DNA of 63,389 nt, filler included, from Sphacelaria rigidula (lineage: Eukaryota), in assembly GCA_964200075.2 (NCBI GenBank). It is 3 parts of 3 records of this genome, joined end to end, with 100 filler letters (N's around TTAATTAATTAA, not from the genome) between each part and the next. Parts side by side here need not be neighbours in the genome. Positions count along the whole stretch, not along the records: positions 1 to 21,091 come from CAXNAA020000467.1; 2 more parts are not named here. One strand, written 5' to 3'. The notes beneath the pieces were generated by a model. That model ran no database searches. It had not been told where the DNA came from and was given only the letters and a program-made list of their open reading frames with translations. Positions 1-12,311 of the stretch are shown here, piece after piece. Numbering within the stretch: the first letter of the stretch is position 1; every line of letters starts with the position of its first letter. A program made the position numbers and the translations under genes.

Positions 1-1098
1 GACTGGAATGTATGAGGCGCAGGAATATGTCATCGTCGCTGGTCGTGTTGTTCCTGTACTGGCGCTGGAGATGCCGTACTACGGCCGTAAGTTTTCGAGC
101 GAGAAATCGGCCGAGTTTTTACGCAAATACGAGCAATATTTGCGAGATATAGATCAGGTGGACGCGCGATGGACAAACCTCTTTGAGGTGGCAGCAGTTT
201 CTGAGCTCATGCCGAAACAAATTGCGAAATGTCTGTGTGACACGTTCTTGAAACAGGATTATGATGTTGAGGACGAGCAGTTGCTTTTCGCGTTGCGCAA
301 GCATGCGCCGTACGGTGGGGCTGCTTGCACTGTGACAGCTGAGAAGCATGTATTTGCCCGAGGGGACAGGCACGAACGACAGTGCACCCGCCGAACGTGC
401 AGCAGGTGGTCCACGTTTGAAACAACGATACAGGGCAGCTGCTTGCACTGTGACAGCCGAGAAGCATGTGTCTGCCCGGGGGGACAGGCACGACAGCGCA
501 TCCGCCGGACGTGCAGTAGGTGCTGCACGTTTGAAACAACCATACAGGGCAGATGCTTGCACTGTGAAAGCCGAGAAGCATGTGTCTGCCCGAGGGAATA
601 GGCACGATAGTGCACCCGCTGAACGTGCAGTCGGTAGGGCGCATCTTAAAGCACGATACAGGGCAGCTGTTTCCACTGTGCAGAGCGGGAAGGAGACGTA
701 GCACGTGTCTGTCAAAACGGGTAGGCATGAGAGCGCGCCCACCGACGGTACCACGGTGAGCATTGGTTTAGATGCTGCTGGTATTGCTGTTGGAGAGGGC
801 GTATATGTCAAGTAGCTCGAGCAGACTGCAGGCAGCTCAGATGCCGTTCCTGCAGTTCAGGAGTGCCCTGAGCAGGAGGTGGCGGCTTTATCGAGTATGG
901 GTGATGCTGCTGCTGCTGTTGGCGATGTTGGAAGCGCGAAGCCAACTTTCCCCCATGAGCTAGCGCTGAGTGGCAAAGGTCCAGGTTGCTTGATGCCGCC
1001 GGACGAGAGCGTGATTTGGGACACACCTTGCATGCTCACCGCTGCAAGGGGGTGTTATCCTCGTGATGAGAGTGTGCAGAGCAAGCTTGGGGCTTGCG
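1..1098 (+). mobile_element. Truncated internal fragment (gag plus repeats) of LTR family B
   Basis: Reverse-complement match to ~7490-8430 inside element B (EMPYYGRKFSSEKSAEFLRKYEQY gag-like peptide). Ends abruptly against an RT fragment with no LTR at the junction. Confidence 0.85.
320..680 (+). repeat. Tandem ~116-bp repeat (about 3 units) downstream of the family B gag
   Basis: tgcttgcactgtga(c/a)agc(t/c)gagaagcatgt recurs at ~322, ~440 and ~553, with a degenerate unit at ~667. Confidence 0.85.
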
Positions 1099-3167
1099 AT
1101 GTACCTTGTTTGATATGCAGCAAGTCAATCTTGCCAAAACACGCAGCGCCTAGCACGTCGATCATCTCCGCCTCGTGGTTAGACATGACATTCGGAACCT
1201 TCTCAATCTGCTTGTTTACCGCGCGATAATTACTCACCAGTCGATAACCGCCCTTCTTCGGCGTCGCCATGGCCGCACTCGCCCACTTTGCCTGTAAGCT
1301 GCGGAAAACGAGTCCAAGCGCCACCAGCGTCGCCATACACCCTGCTAACCACGAGGCCTTTACAGGGAAATACACCCGCGGGCTCGCCTTGACTGCACAA
1401 TCCCCAGGTTTGAATCTCACCTTCAATGGCTCTACACAAGCAGGCGGATCACCGCCCAATGCTCGCCGTAAGCGTTGACACGTCGCCCAACAACCTCCCG
1501 AAGCTTATCAATGCCGCTTGCCGACATACCCTTGTCCGCAGCCGCCTGTACGGCATGATCCAATGCACCACGACGCTCTGCCAGCTCCTCCTCTGGAGTC
1601 ATGTTCATCTCGGGACCTCGCGACATCAATCGCTCAACGGAGGGATCCACAGGCTCCTCTTGCCCACCTGGATCCTGTAACGCCTCAATCGCAATGCTCA
1701 CACGCCTACATTCTCGAAATTCAGGCGTATCTACACCTCTTACCAACGCGTGTCTTGAGCGTGCGCATGCGTCCAGCCCACAATACACATCAATGCCCGT
1801 AGCCTCCAGCGTACCGCTCCCGATGATCACCACATCATCGGCATCTGGCATTACCACACAATGACACGGATCCAGCACCACCGGCCCCCAGCTGGTGTGC
1901 ATAGCGGTGCGCACTAGGCACGTCTCCGACTGCATACTCCGTACATTACCATCAGCTAGTTTCAACGGGTGTGCACGACCTATGCTCGTGACAACTCGCA
2001 CATCAGGGAACATTGCTTGCAACTGGTCCGCCACTTTCTCAGACATGATAGTGATGCAAGCCCCCGAATCCAAAACTGCAGTAACAGGGCAAACGTTCTT
2101 GGCTGTGGAACTAAGAACGGACAAGTCTGCCCGGCAGCATCGCTGCTTGCGATCAACTACCATCCTCTCAGCCTGTAAATCTGCAACCTCAGCGGTGTGC
2201 AGACAACTAACACACCCTCGGCCTGTAAATCTACAACCTCAGCGGTGTGCAGAGCCCGCCATATCGGCGTTGTCTGAGACGTCCACTCCTGAGCCGGTCC
2301 CGACAGCAGATGGGGTTGAGCTGCAGGAGTTGGAGCGGAAGGCTGGGGCGGCACCATGCTGTCCGCACTACTAACACCTCCTTGCGTTCCATCCCCTGGA
2401 AAAATAGCCCGTGTGGGAGCAGGACCTTTACTGCCCCCCCGCTGACCATGAACCTATTGCAGCTGCTGCTGGTGCTGCGGCGGCGGCGGCGGCGACGGCG
2501 GCGACTTTGCTTGCCCACCTGACGCACTCACCGCGGCCGCTGATGTGCTCTGTTTGTTACAGTACTTCTTACAATGGCCCTTATCGCCACCCTCGAAACA
2601 ACCTGCATAGCTCAGACCAGGTTTGTGGGGATTTTTCGAGCTCTTACCGCCACTAACCGCTGCGGCGGCCGCAGCCGCTGCGCCGGCATTCGATGCCAGT
2701 TTTTCGAGCCTCGTGAGCCGCTTTTTTGCCTGACTTGCGGTTGCTGGCGGCGGTGTTTATCAACCACCTCAACAGTCTTCCATTTTTCGGCTAAGTCATG
2801 AGCTACCTCATGAACCACTCTCGGGCTCTCATTCCAGTCCCTTTTCATATAGAGCATATTGAACTATATTCTTGAACTCAGGTGGGGTCAGGCCGGCGCC
2901 AATAGATAGCTCTGGTAATAATGTGTGCTTGACCAGCCTTGAACGTACGGTCAGATTCAAGGAAAACGCACTCCGCACCTACATTTTCCGCGGAGTTCTC
3001 CTGTAATGAACTCCACTGCCCTTCTACTCGACCCATTGCAGTTGGTTCAGACCGTACGGCAAGAACCTTTTTGTTGCCTGCTGCAGCTTCGGAAGGATCA
3101 ATTTCTGTACCGATCCAGCATTTGGCGTGGCGTGTAATCCCTTGCTGCAATTTGTCTTCGTCGAGTG

Positions 3168-3448
3168 TGTAAAGTAGTCCATCTCCAGAACACGTACGTG
3201 CAGGCTTATGATGATCTACAAGTGTAACAATCTGCTGTATACGTTTTCTATTGGTTGACGGGACTTTCGGGTCTGATCGGCAGACTATGTGGATTTGAAC
3301 ATTACATGCTTCACGCATGTGGTTACTTCCGATAGCCAAGGCTGTGTGTTTATGAACAACACCTGTCTTGAAATCTCCAGGCTCTAGTGAGGGAGGAAGC
3401 CCTTGGAGCAATCTTGTCACCTTGTTCTGAGTCCAGGAGGGCTCAATA
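3168..3448 (+). repeat. 5' LTR of A1 (family A)
   Basis: Homologous to 11297-11575, 15407-15688 and 19664-19944. Begins TGT and ends ATA. Confidence 0.9.
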
Positions 3449-4760
3449 ATATACGTTTATGAAGAGGAACCCGCTGGTTTTTAGGAGAGGTTTTTCAGTT
3501 GTGGGCAGCTGCGGAGAAATCATATCATACTTTGTACACACGAGTGTGCACCCTGTAAAGTGAGGGAGCTCGCTGACAAAGGAGAAACGGCTAGGTTGGC
3601 TGGAACTGTTGCGTGCAGCTATGGCAACGCGCAAGAAAGTGGGTGATGGCGATGCAGGCGAAGAGGTGAAGTTGAAGTTTACGGAGCTTATGCCTGCAGG
3701 ATCGCTGAAAGCCCCAGAGTACGGACGGCGTTTGAGCGAAAATGCGTCCCGACGTTTTGATCAGAAATACGTCGAGTATGAAGAGGCGGTCAAGTTGAAC
3801 AACAAGGGACGTAGCATGTAGGCCGTCTTACTGACTGTTACTGAACTGATGCCGAAGCACATTCGTGAGTATCTCTCACGCACGATTTTTGACGGGTCCG
3901 TGCTTGCCGAAGACGATCTCAAGGAGGCAGTAGGCCGACATGCGACATGTTGGCAGGATGAAGAGATTGACCCTTCAGTAGCTGCCGCTGGTGTGCGGAA
4001 AGCGTTGGCGGCCCGCAATGAGTAAACTACAATGGGAAGAGTAGAAGGGCAGTGGATATTTGACATGAGAATGTTTTGCGGAGAACGCTAGCGCCGAGCG
4101 TGCATTCGGCGATATTGCAACTTTCAAACCAGGACCCGCTCAAATCATAACTCGGGAAATGTTGAATGAGCTCACCCCCCCGAATTCAAAACCAAAGTCC
4201 TCAATATGTTGAACATGAAAGGGGGGTGGAAGGAGGACCCTGGGCTTGTGTATACTACGGCTCGGGAAGCAGCGGAGGCATGGAAGACGGTGGAAGCGGT
4301 GGATAAGCAGCGCTATTAGCAGCAGCAGCTGAAACAAAATAGTAGCAGTGGGACTTCCGGAAGCAAGCGCCAACCAAATGATGGAAAAACGGCGAGCAGT
4401 GCAAATGGGACTGCCAGTTCCGGGAAAACCCGAAAACCGGGCCCAAACTATGCAGGATGTTTCATATGTGGAGGCAAGGGCCATTTCCGGAAGGATTGCA
4501 AGCAGCAAGGCCAGGCTGCTGCTACACAAGGTAGTGACGGTGTGCAGACAAAGGCTGGCGACAAGCAGCAACAACAACAGCAAGCAGTGAATTGGTTGCG
4601 GACGTCTCTTCCGCGCCTTGCTGAACTGATGGAGCCACTTCGTCTCCTGCTCGAGGAGCAAATGGTGGGCAACGTGCGCCGTACAAAGCGGGTTGCTTCA
4701 AACAGGACAATCAAGGAGGCGGCGTGGACGTATGAGCGTGCGCAACCTTGGACAGCGGCG

Positions 4761-7700
4761 TGTAGACTTCTGTCGCTCACGATCAGGTTGCCATGTGGAC
4801 TCCTCCCATCACGGGCACATGGACTTCAGCAGCTTTAGTTATTCATATATTAACCTTCTGGATAGTACAGGAGAACAGGACCTCACCCTCTCTCCACCGG
4901 AGTGGCAAAATCAAGCCTACTCGTCATGGAGGTCACCATAACAGAGTCCGGCCATCAGACCCGCAACTCCACCTACAAATGTCCCTAGGTAACAATGGTG
5001 GCTAGACTCTACAGCACCCCCAAAGCTCTCTACCACCAACAAGTAGTTATATCAGAGCTTGACAAACTCAGACATCATTGGTGCCTGATAGTACGTTTCC
5101 TCAAAGATTAGCAATCTCTTCCGCTGCTTTCGACAACAGCTCCATACAAGCTAGCCTCACTTCCGAACAACTCGCAAGAGGTCCCAAGAAAATATCGTCC
5201 ATCATGAACATGCAATCACGCTACTTGCACCACTTCGAGTTACAAAGCGACAGCTAACGCCGAATTCTCGAATGTTCGCCCACAACAAGTTCCTTGACTC
5301 TTCATCGGCTCGAAACCGGAAATGTCAGCAAACGTCAAATTCCAGAGCATTCGTGACTCATCGTCCCTCTCATCCGAGAACAGGTACGTCTCAACATACA
5401 AAATGCACTCTTTGTATGTTCAACACCTGAGCAACGGAGTGCAACAGCCAACTGACACATCATCTTCACGCTAGAAGGAAATATGCACCCAAAACGTCTA
5501 AAACGCACCTGGCCTCTTGCTTCTGCAACGGCGTATAAAACGTATGCATCGCATGCCTCCCCGCCGTCAAAGCTTCAATGCTTCAACTTGCCTTCATTTT
5601 ATCCAGACAATCAAAGGAAAGCCGAGGGTCAAACCGCTTTTCAAAGTCATGCATACTAATCCAACGACGGCGAACGGACCTCGACCTCCGCCATCAATGA
5701 TCACCCCTCGTGAGCTCGTCCTTGAACTCTCGTTTTCGAGCAAATCCCAGACATTTCTATATCTCGTTTGGAACTTGGACCGTCATATCCCATCTGTGTG
5801 CATCAGTCAAAATGTAAAAATGATGAATTCCTCGACACCCTTGCAGTCCACCTGCACCAGTTCTTCGAACAATTGGACGCATCATCCACATGCTCGTTCT
5901 GACATGAACGAAAAACCAACCACGTGATCGTTCAAACACCTGACAATCCATACAAAAACGTGCCACGGTCAAAGATCATTGATGCATGGGCTCATAATGT
6001 CTTTATCTTCAACTACCGGAAGCACTCGCGTCATACCTGCTCTCATACGACGAGCTTGCGCATTTTGTACCTTTCAGCTCATTTTTACGCTAACAGCAGC
6101 AATCCATATATCCTGCAGTCAGTACGTGCAAACCGCACAAAGTTGGTTCGACTGTGTTCCTGCGCGAACAAGATTATACGAGCTTCTCTTCAATTAGCAT
6201 ACAGCAGTATTTTGAAAACTGCCCCACCCTACGTCGTCACCAGATACCATTCATACCAGTACCATTCGAGCAAAAATTCGCACATACCTGCCAAATTTCC
6301 ACTCAGCATATGAAAATCTGTACATGCATGCCAATATTTTACTCAGCACATGCAATGCCACCTTCCTCGCAGCAAACACCATGCATCGTCCGTGCCAACC
6401 AGACCAGCACAACACACACATGCCAAATATCCACGTGTACACCAGAGTTACACCCTGCACACGCGATACGATCATACTCGCTCAACAACCATGTTTGATG
6501 CGCGAACATGACCACAAACCACACAATAACAAGCTGCAACCATTCTCAAAACGATTCGCGAATCCCAGTCATAATGTGTTTCCTCATTCTCAACAAGCAC
6601 TTAATCACCACAGCACTTGCTCCTCAACATCAGTACCCAACTCGACGCTCACCACAACAGCAAACACCTCAGGTAATGCCTTTTTTGTAGTCCTCCAGCC
6701 CGCTTTTGAGAAACAGCAGCACTCCAACCACAACCCCGTGCACAGCGTAGAGCAGCGTTTCCACTCGGGCACTCCCTCCTTGCACCCTCAGTCTAGCTAC
6801 ACCTGGCACCCCCATGGTGTAGCTCAACATGCCTCTAAAAGGTATACTCGCACCGCCAAACCAATGCGATAAATCCTCCGCCCCCGCAGATGCTTGCGCA
6901 TCCACGAACGCTCGTTCTTGAGTCGCTTTTCAGAGGAAACAAGACGCGAAACGGGAACAGCCACACAGTTCCGCACAACAACACCTCCCGATGGCATCAG
7001 GCCATTCTCCTCCAGCACCTGACCGTACAGCGGCAAATACACCGCAGCCAAGGCCGCCAAATACGCCAAACCTGTCCATGCATACAGCAGTGCATACGAC
7101 CACCCCAACACCATGCGACGCTCGTCAAGGCGTGTCCACAGCTACGCGCTGCTCCGGCGGCGATTCCGCCAACCCGGCGTCCACCTGTCCTTCAAGTAGA
7201 CACCCCTGCGAATCATCTGAACGATCTCCCGCCATGTCACTGACGCAGATAGATTCGCCATGAACACGGCAAGCCCCGAGCTCACCCTGCTCGCTCGCCA
7301 TACACGAATAACACCCCCCTGCAGTTGCGAGCATGCAAGGAGTATCTCCAGCTACGTGCTCGTCCGGCGGCAATTCCGCCAACCCGGCATCCACCCGTCC
7401 TTCAAACAGACACCCCTGCGAATCATCTGAACGATCTCCCGCCCTGTCACTGGCGCAGATAGATTCACCATGAGCACGGCAAGCTCCGAGCTCACCCTGC
7501 TCGCTTGCGATACGGGAATAACACCCCCTTGCAGCTTCGAGCATGCAAGGAGTATCTCCAGCTACGCGCTGGTCCGGCGGCAACAAGCAACTGGGACCTC
7601 CGCTCACCAGTACTTGCTCATTGTCCCATGTAGGCCCCGGTCTCTCAAAATCGCCAACAGCAGCAACAGCATCACCCATACTCGCTACAGCCGCCACCTC

Positions 7701-9185
7701 CCGCTCAGCGCACTCTTGAACTGCAATAGCGTCAGCTGAGCGGCCTGCAGTCTGCTCGAGCGGTGGACATATTCGTCCTTTCCAGCAGCAATACCAGCGG
7801 CATCTAAACCAATGCTTACCGTGGTACTTTCGGCGGGCGCGTTCCCATGCCTCCCCGCTTTGACAGACACGTGCTGTGTTTCCTTCCCGCTCTGCACAGA
7901 GGAAACAGCTGCCCTGTATCGTGCTTTAAGACGCGCCCTACCGAATGTACGTTCGGCAGGTGTACTATCGCGCCTGTCCCCTCGGGCAGACACATGCTTT
8001 TCGGCTTTCACATGGCGAGCATCTGCCCTGTATCGTTGTTTCAAACGCGCAGCACCTCCTACTGCACGTTCGGCGGGCAAATACATGCTTCTCGGCTGCC
8101 ACAGTGCAATGCGTCCCACCGGACGGCGCATGCTTGCGCAACGCGAAAAGCAACTGCTCGTCCTCAACATCATCATCATGCTTCAAGAACGTGTCACACA
8201 GACATTTCGCAATATGTTTCGGTATGAGCTCAGAAATTGCTGCCACCTCAAAGAGGTTTGTCCACCGCGCGTCCACCTGATCTACATCTCGCGAATATTG
8301 CTCGTATTTGCGTAAAAACTCGGCCGATTTCTCGCTCGAAAACTTGCGGCCGTAGTACGGCATCTCCAGCGCCAGTACAGGAACAATATACGACCATCGA
8401 CGATGACATATTCCTGCGTCTCATCCATTTCGGTCAGCGGTACAAGTACTCCAGACCGCCGTTTTGAAAATTAAAGTTGCCTCCCACTCACAGGAACAAC
8501 AACTCTCTCCTTACACCGAGACGCGCCGTACCACTTTACAACAACAATGGCCACAGCGCCTCGTCCTCACGCAGGTCTCACCATGAGTTTGAAGTTCTTA
8601 GATTCCTCTTCCTGGCCGTACCTGGCCAGGCGTGGAACACGCAACCCTCGCTGGCTCCACTATTAGGCAGTACGGTAATTGCGCCGCTTTTCTGGAACGC
8701 GCACAGGCTCGCCAGCTGTCGGTCAACCCCCCCGCACCTCTCGCACGAGCGAAACCACAGCCCACCCCAGCACTGCCTCAGAACCTCCTCGGCTCTACTT
8801 CTCCAACTCCTCGTGACGTTAACACGCCTTGAGCTAGTCTTGTTTGCTGCAAACTGATCAGGCCTGCAGACTTCCCTATTTTGAAGTGTCAGCTTTTTTC
8901 AGCGGGTCTACTGCCATCAGCGGACTTAATGAACGTTTATTGTAGACTTCTGTCACTCAAGATCAGATTGCCATGTGGACTCCTCCCATCACAAGCACAT
9001 GGACTTCAGCAGCTGTAGTTATTCATATGTTAACCCTCAGCATAGTACAGGAGAACAGGACCATAGCCTCTCTCCACCAGAGTAGCAAGACCGGGCCTAC
9101 TCGTCATGGAGATCACCATCACAGAGTCTGGCCTTCAGACCCGCAACTAAATGTCCCTAGGTAACAATGGGGGCTAGAGTCTACA
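4761..9185 (-). mobile_element. Non-autonomous gag-only LTR retrotransposon B (TR-GAG/LARD-like), TSD GGCG
   Basis: LTRs 4761-5012 and 8941-9185 (TGTAGA...TCTACA), with GGCG at 4757-4760 and 9186-9189. The host pol peptide WTAA/AQDLVAHAVAL is split at exactly this site. PPT-like tttgggggtgc abuts 5012 on the minus strand. Gag at ~8430-8130; no recognisable RT or RNase H. Confidence 0.9.
7135..7585. repeat. Tandem ~210-bp repeat (about 2 units) inside element B
   Basis: tccggcggc recurs at ~7153, ~7363 and ~7573. The first two units are near-identical over most of their length. Confidence 0.85.
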
Positions 9186-10845
9186 GGCGCAAGATTTGGT
9201 GGCACATGCTGTTGCTCTGTCACATCCCTAGGAGGGCTATGAGATGATGATGTTTCCACACGCGTCGGATCTTTATTGAGGTAGTTTCGTGACCCAGCTA
9301 CCGAGAGCTGAATTGGACCGCGATGTAGCGGTGGAGGCCATGAGTCCTGAGCCCCTGGGATTTCTCAGTGGGACGTTTCGAGGAGCGCAGTTGCGGTGGG
9401 GTACGGACAAGGGAGGATATGCCATCGTGAGTATGTTTCGTAGGTTGGAGTACTTTTTGTGGGGAGGAGTGACCATATTTACGGACCATCGCAATCTCGC
9501 TTTCGTTTTTTTTCTCGAAGCATGCGTGACCACACTGGCGAAAACTGCCGCCCAGCGCCTTGAACAATGGAAGACTGTACTCGGGCAATATGATTACTCA
9601 ATCAGGCATATTTTTGGTGAGCGTAAGTGCTGGGGAGATCTACTGTCCCGGTAGGTGAACTTTCCAGCGGCATCCCTGAGAGCCATCGCTGTTTTTGCAA
9701 TTGGAGAGCCTGGTGAGACGCTACTTTTGAAAGAGGCCGTGCGTGCAGCCGAAGAGCAAGCCCGTGAGGGGTTAGGAGGTATGGTTGGTGGGGCCGAGAC
9801 CTTTACTGCCGCTGTTGGGCGTGTCTTCAAAGACGGTGAGGGTGTGTTTCGCGTGCATGTTGCAGGGAGGGATGTACTGTGGATCCCGCCGGAAGCGAGA
9901 GAACTACACACACGCTTGATGGTATGAGCTTACATGAAAGGGGCTGGTCACCGAGGGGTTGTGGCAACGTTACAGCGCTTACCAGAGTATTGTTGTTGGT
10001 TCCGGATGGAGACTCATGTGACTGAGTTTGTGAAGCAGTGCCTGCACTGTTTGGATTCCAAGGCGGGGCACATGGTCCCGCATCGCTTCGGGGAGATGGT
10101 GCATGGTATGCGCCCAGGGGAGGTGCTGCATTTTGATTTTCTCTACGTTGACGAGAGTGCCCCCCTGGGAAATAGTGGCTTGGACGAAGGATACGGGTTC
10201 AAGTAAATATTAATCATGATGGACGATTTGAGCAACTTCGTGTGGTTGGAGCCTGCGGAGTCTTGTACGGCGGCGACGACGTGCTTGACGAAGACGCTTT
10301 GAGGTGACAGGTGACGTCAATCGTTGAGGCTCGGCGAGAGTTGCACAAGAAGGTGGCGCAGCCTGTCGACAAGAATCGCGATCTACAGAGACGTGTGGCT
10401 AGTAAGGTGAAGATTCCTAACTTTGTGGTGGGCGATAACGTGCTGGCGGCGAGGATGAGGCGTTCGGGAACTACGCCGAAGCTTGTGAGTACGTGGACGG
10501 AGCCTTGGCGGATTGTGACCGCGGAACAACAACATGTGTGCGAGGTGCAGAACATTGTGAATGGCGAGGTACAGGATGTGCATGTCGCCCGCCTTCGATT
10601 TTATGCGGACAAGGAGCTGAAGATTGCGACTGATATTAAGGAAGTGTTCCAGAGTATGCTTTTGCACGAGGCGACTTCGATATGGCGGCTGTTGTCGGAA
10701 TATCTGAGGACGAAGCAGGAGATGGATTTTATGTGCAAGGGGAATGGGTCAGCCTTGGCCAAGATGAAAACTCGTGGGAGCCTCTGGAAAATATTTTGGA
10801 CGGAGCCCCACAATTTGTCAAATCTGAGCTGCGTACGTTGGGACT

Positions 10846-10935
10846 TGTGACGGTTTAAGCGACAACCAACTAGACTACTGACCAGTCAGCGCTGACTGGT
10901 CAGTAGTCTAGTTGGTTGTCTCTTAAACCGTCACA
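10846..10935. mobile_element. 90-bp near-perfect palindrome (mini-MITE) inserted in A1
   Basis: tgtgacggtttaag.gacaaccaactagactactgaccagtcagc|gctgactggtcagtagtctagttggttgtc.cttaaaccgtcaca with one mismatched pair and no loop. GACT on both flanks. Confidence 0.85.
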
Positions 10936-11296
10936 GACTACTTAAAAAAGTGCGAGCACGTTTGCAGGCAAAGTATGGTATGAAGCTTGAGAAATATGAT
11001 GATATCTAATGCTACTGGTTGAGATGGTACTATACTTGGCACGTTCGCTTTTGAGAGAATGCTATGCGTGGAAATTACCGTTGAAGAATGGCCGACTTCC
11101 CTGAGTTCGCTTGAGACATTGTCTGTGAGTTTCGATATTCAGGGTTGTGTACGTTATCATTTCTTTGTGGAACATGACAGTACAAGGTCGTATGTCACTA
11201 CCGGGGGGACAAAGGTAGCATAAACGGGATAGTCGGTGTCTACTGTTTTGTCAAACTCGCGTTCTACTTCGAGAAGTGCGGAGTTTTGGCGGGTGC

Positions 11297-11575
11297 TGTA
11301 GATTAGTCCACCTCCAGTACACGTACGTGCCGGTTCATGATGATATACAAGTGGACAATCTGCTGTAGACGTCTTCTATTAGTTGACGGACTCGCGGGTC
11401 TGATCGGCAGAATATCTGGATTTGAACATCACATGCTTCACGCATGTGGTTACTTCCGATCACGAAGACTGTGTGTTTGTGACTAACAACGGTCTTGAAG
11501 TCTCCAAGCCCTAGTGAGGGAGGAAGCCCTTGGAGCAATCTTGTGACCTTGTTCTGAGTCCAGGAGGGCTCTATA
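11297..11575 (+). repeat. 3' LTR of A1 (family A)
   Basis: Follows a PPT-like tract and is followed by TSD AGTG. Confidence 0.9.
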
Positions 11576-12036
11576 AGTGGCAACCCGTCAAAGATGGTGT
11601 CAGACACGCAGTTCTGGATGTGCTTGGGCACCAACTCTTGCATGGTCAAGAGTGCGCACATAACCGACCGGCCTTTGTTACTCTTCCCCACTGCCTTCTC
11701 ATATTCTCGATACTGTTGGTAAAAGCGTCTGGAAGCTTGTTCACTCAATATTCGCCCATATTCAGGCACTTTGAACGATCCACCCAGAGTCAACTTGGTT
11801 TCTGCAGACTTCACCACATCAACCATCTCGCTGGTGCCCCCTTCCCTTCGCGCTGCCATCCTTCCAACAGCCTCCTGTCACCGCAGTCGCCTTGGACTCG
11901 TGTGGCCTGCGCCTCTCTCTCCGCCGCTTTCTCCTCCCCCTGTTATTCGGAGAGAGAGCGACTTTGGTTTGTAGCGGTCGGGTGCGACTTCAGAAACCTA
12001 ATCCAGAAACGACAAGTTTCCTGGATAAACGTCTAT

Positions 12037-12311
12037 TGTGAACCTGTCTGGAATCAGAACAAGGTCACAGTGCTGCGTTAGAGGCTTCCTCCCTGTCACG
12101 GGCTCCAGAGACTTTAATTTAAGACTCAAGCCTTTATACAAGCAGCAGTATTTCGTTGACCAGAAGTGACCCACCCTTCTTTGCTCCCCCCACAAACACA
12201 ATATGTTATGCATTTCATAATCATCCTCCAAACCGTTGTCACACGATCCAAACTGATATCCATATGCTACCGAACTCCTCATGCTGGAGGTGGTACTGTA
12301 CTTTATCCACA
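12037..12311 (-). repeat. 5' LTR of C1 (family C)
   Basis: Reverse-complement homolog of 12747-13013; TGT...CACA termini. Confidence 0.85.

Larger units (their letters stand above)
3168..11575 (+). mobile_element. Ty3/Gypsy chromovirus-like element A1, internally deleted, TSD AGTG
   Basis: LTRs 3168-3448 and 11297-11575 flanked by AGTG on both sides (3164-3167, 11576-11579). Gag from 3621 with CFICGGKGHFRKDC. RT end at 4583-4760, RNase H 9186-9650 (IFTDHRNL), integrase HHCC/core 9930-10280, chromodomain ~10670-10800. PPT-like ttttggcgggtgc precedes the 3' LTR. Confidence 0.92.
1100..12311 (-). mobile_element. Ty3/Gypsy element C1 (5' LTR, gag, protease, partial RT; 3' truncated), interrupted by element A1
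   Basis: 5' LTR 12037-12311. Gag starts at 11859 (MAARREGG...PEYGRILSEQASRRFYQQY) and resumes left of 3164 (DGLP/LDEDKLQQG). Degenerate CCHC at ~2560-2600, protease AVLDSGA at ~2065-2085, RT motifs GYRLVSNYRAVNK and FGKIDLL at ~1100-1260. Stops and frameshifts present. Confidence 0.85.

Noticed and set aside
320-680. Regularly spaced repeats as a CRISPR-like array
   Set aside because: Whole ~116-bp units are duplicated with no unique spacers, there are no cas genes, and the context is a eukaryotic retroelement.
3345-3353. gtgtttat in LTR A as a Tf1-type self-primer for the palindromic PBS
   Set aside because: Needs G-U pairs, varies among A copies, overlaps the TATA-like region in C and is absent from family B.
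5100-6900. Antisense ORFs within element B as captured genes or env
   Set aside because: Short, compositionally biased ORFs with no recognisable motif or transmembrane/signal pattern.
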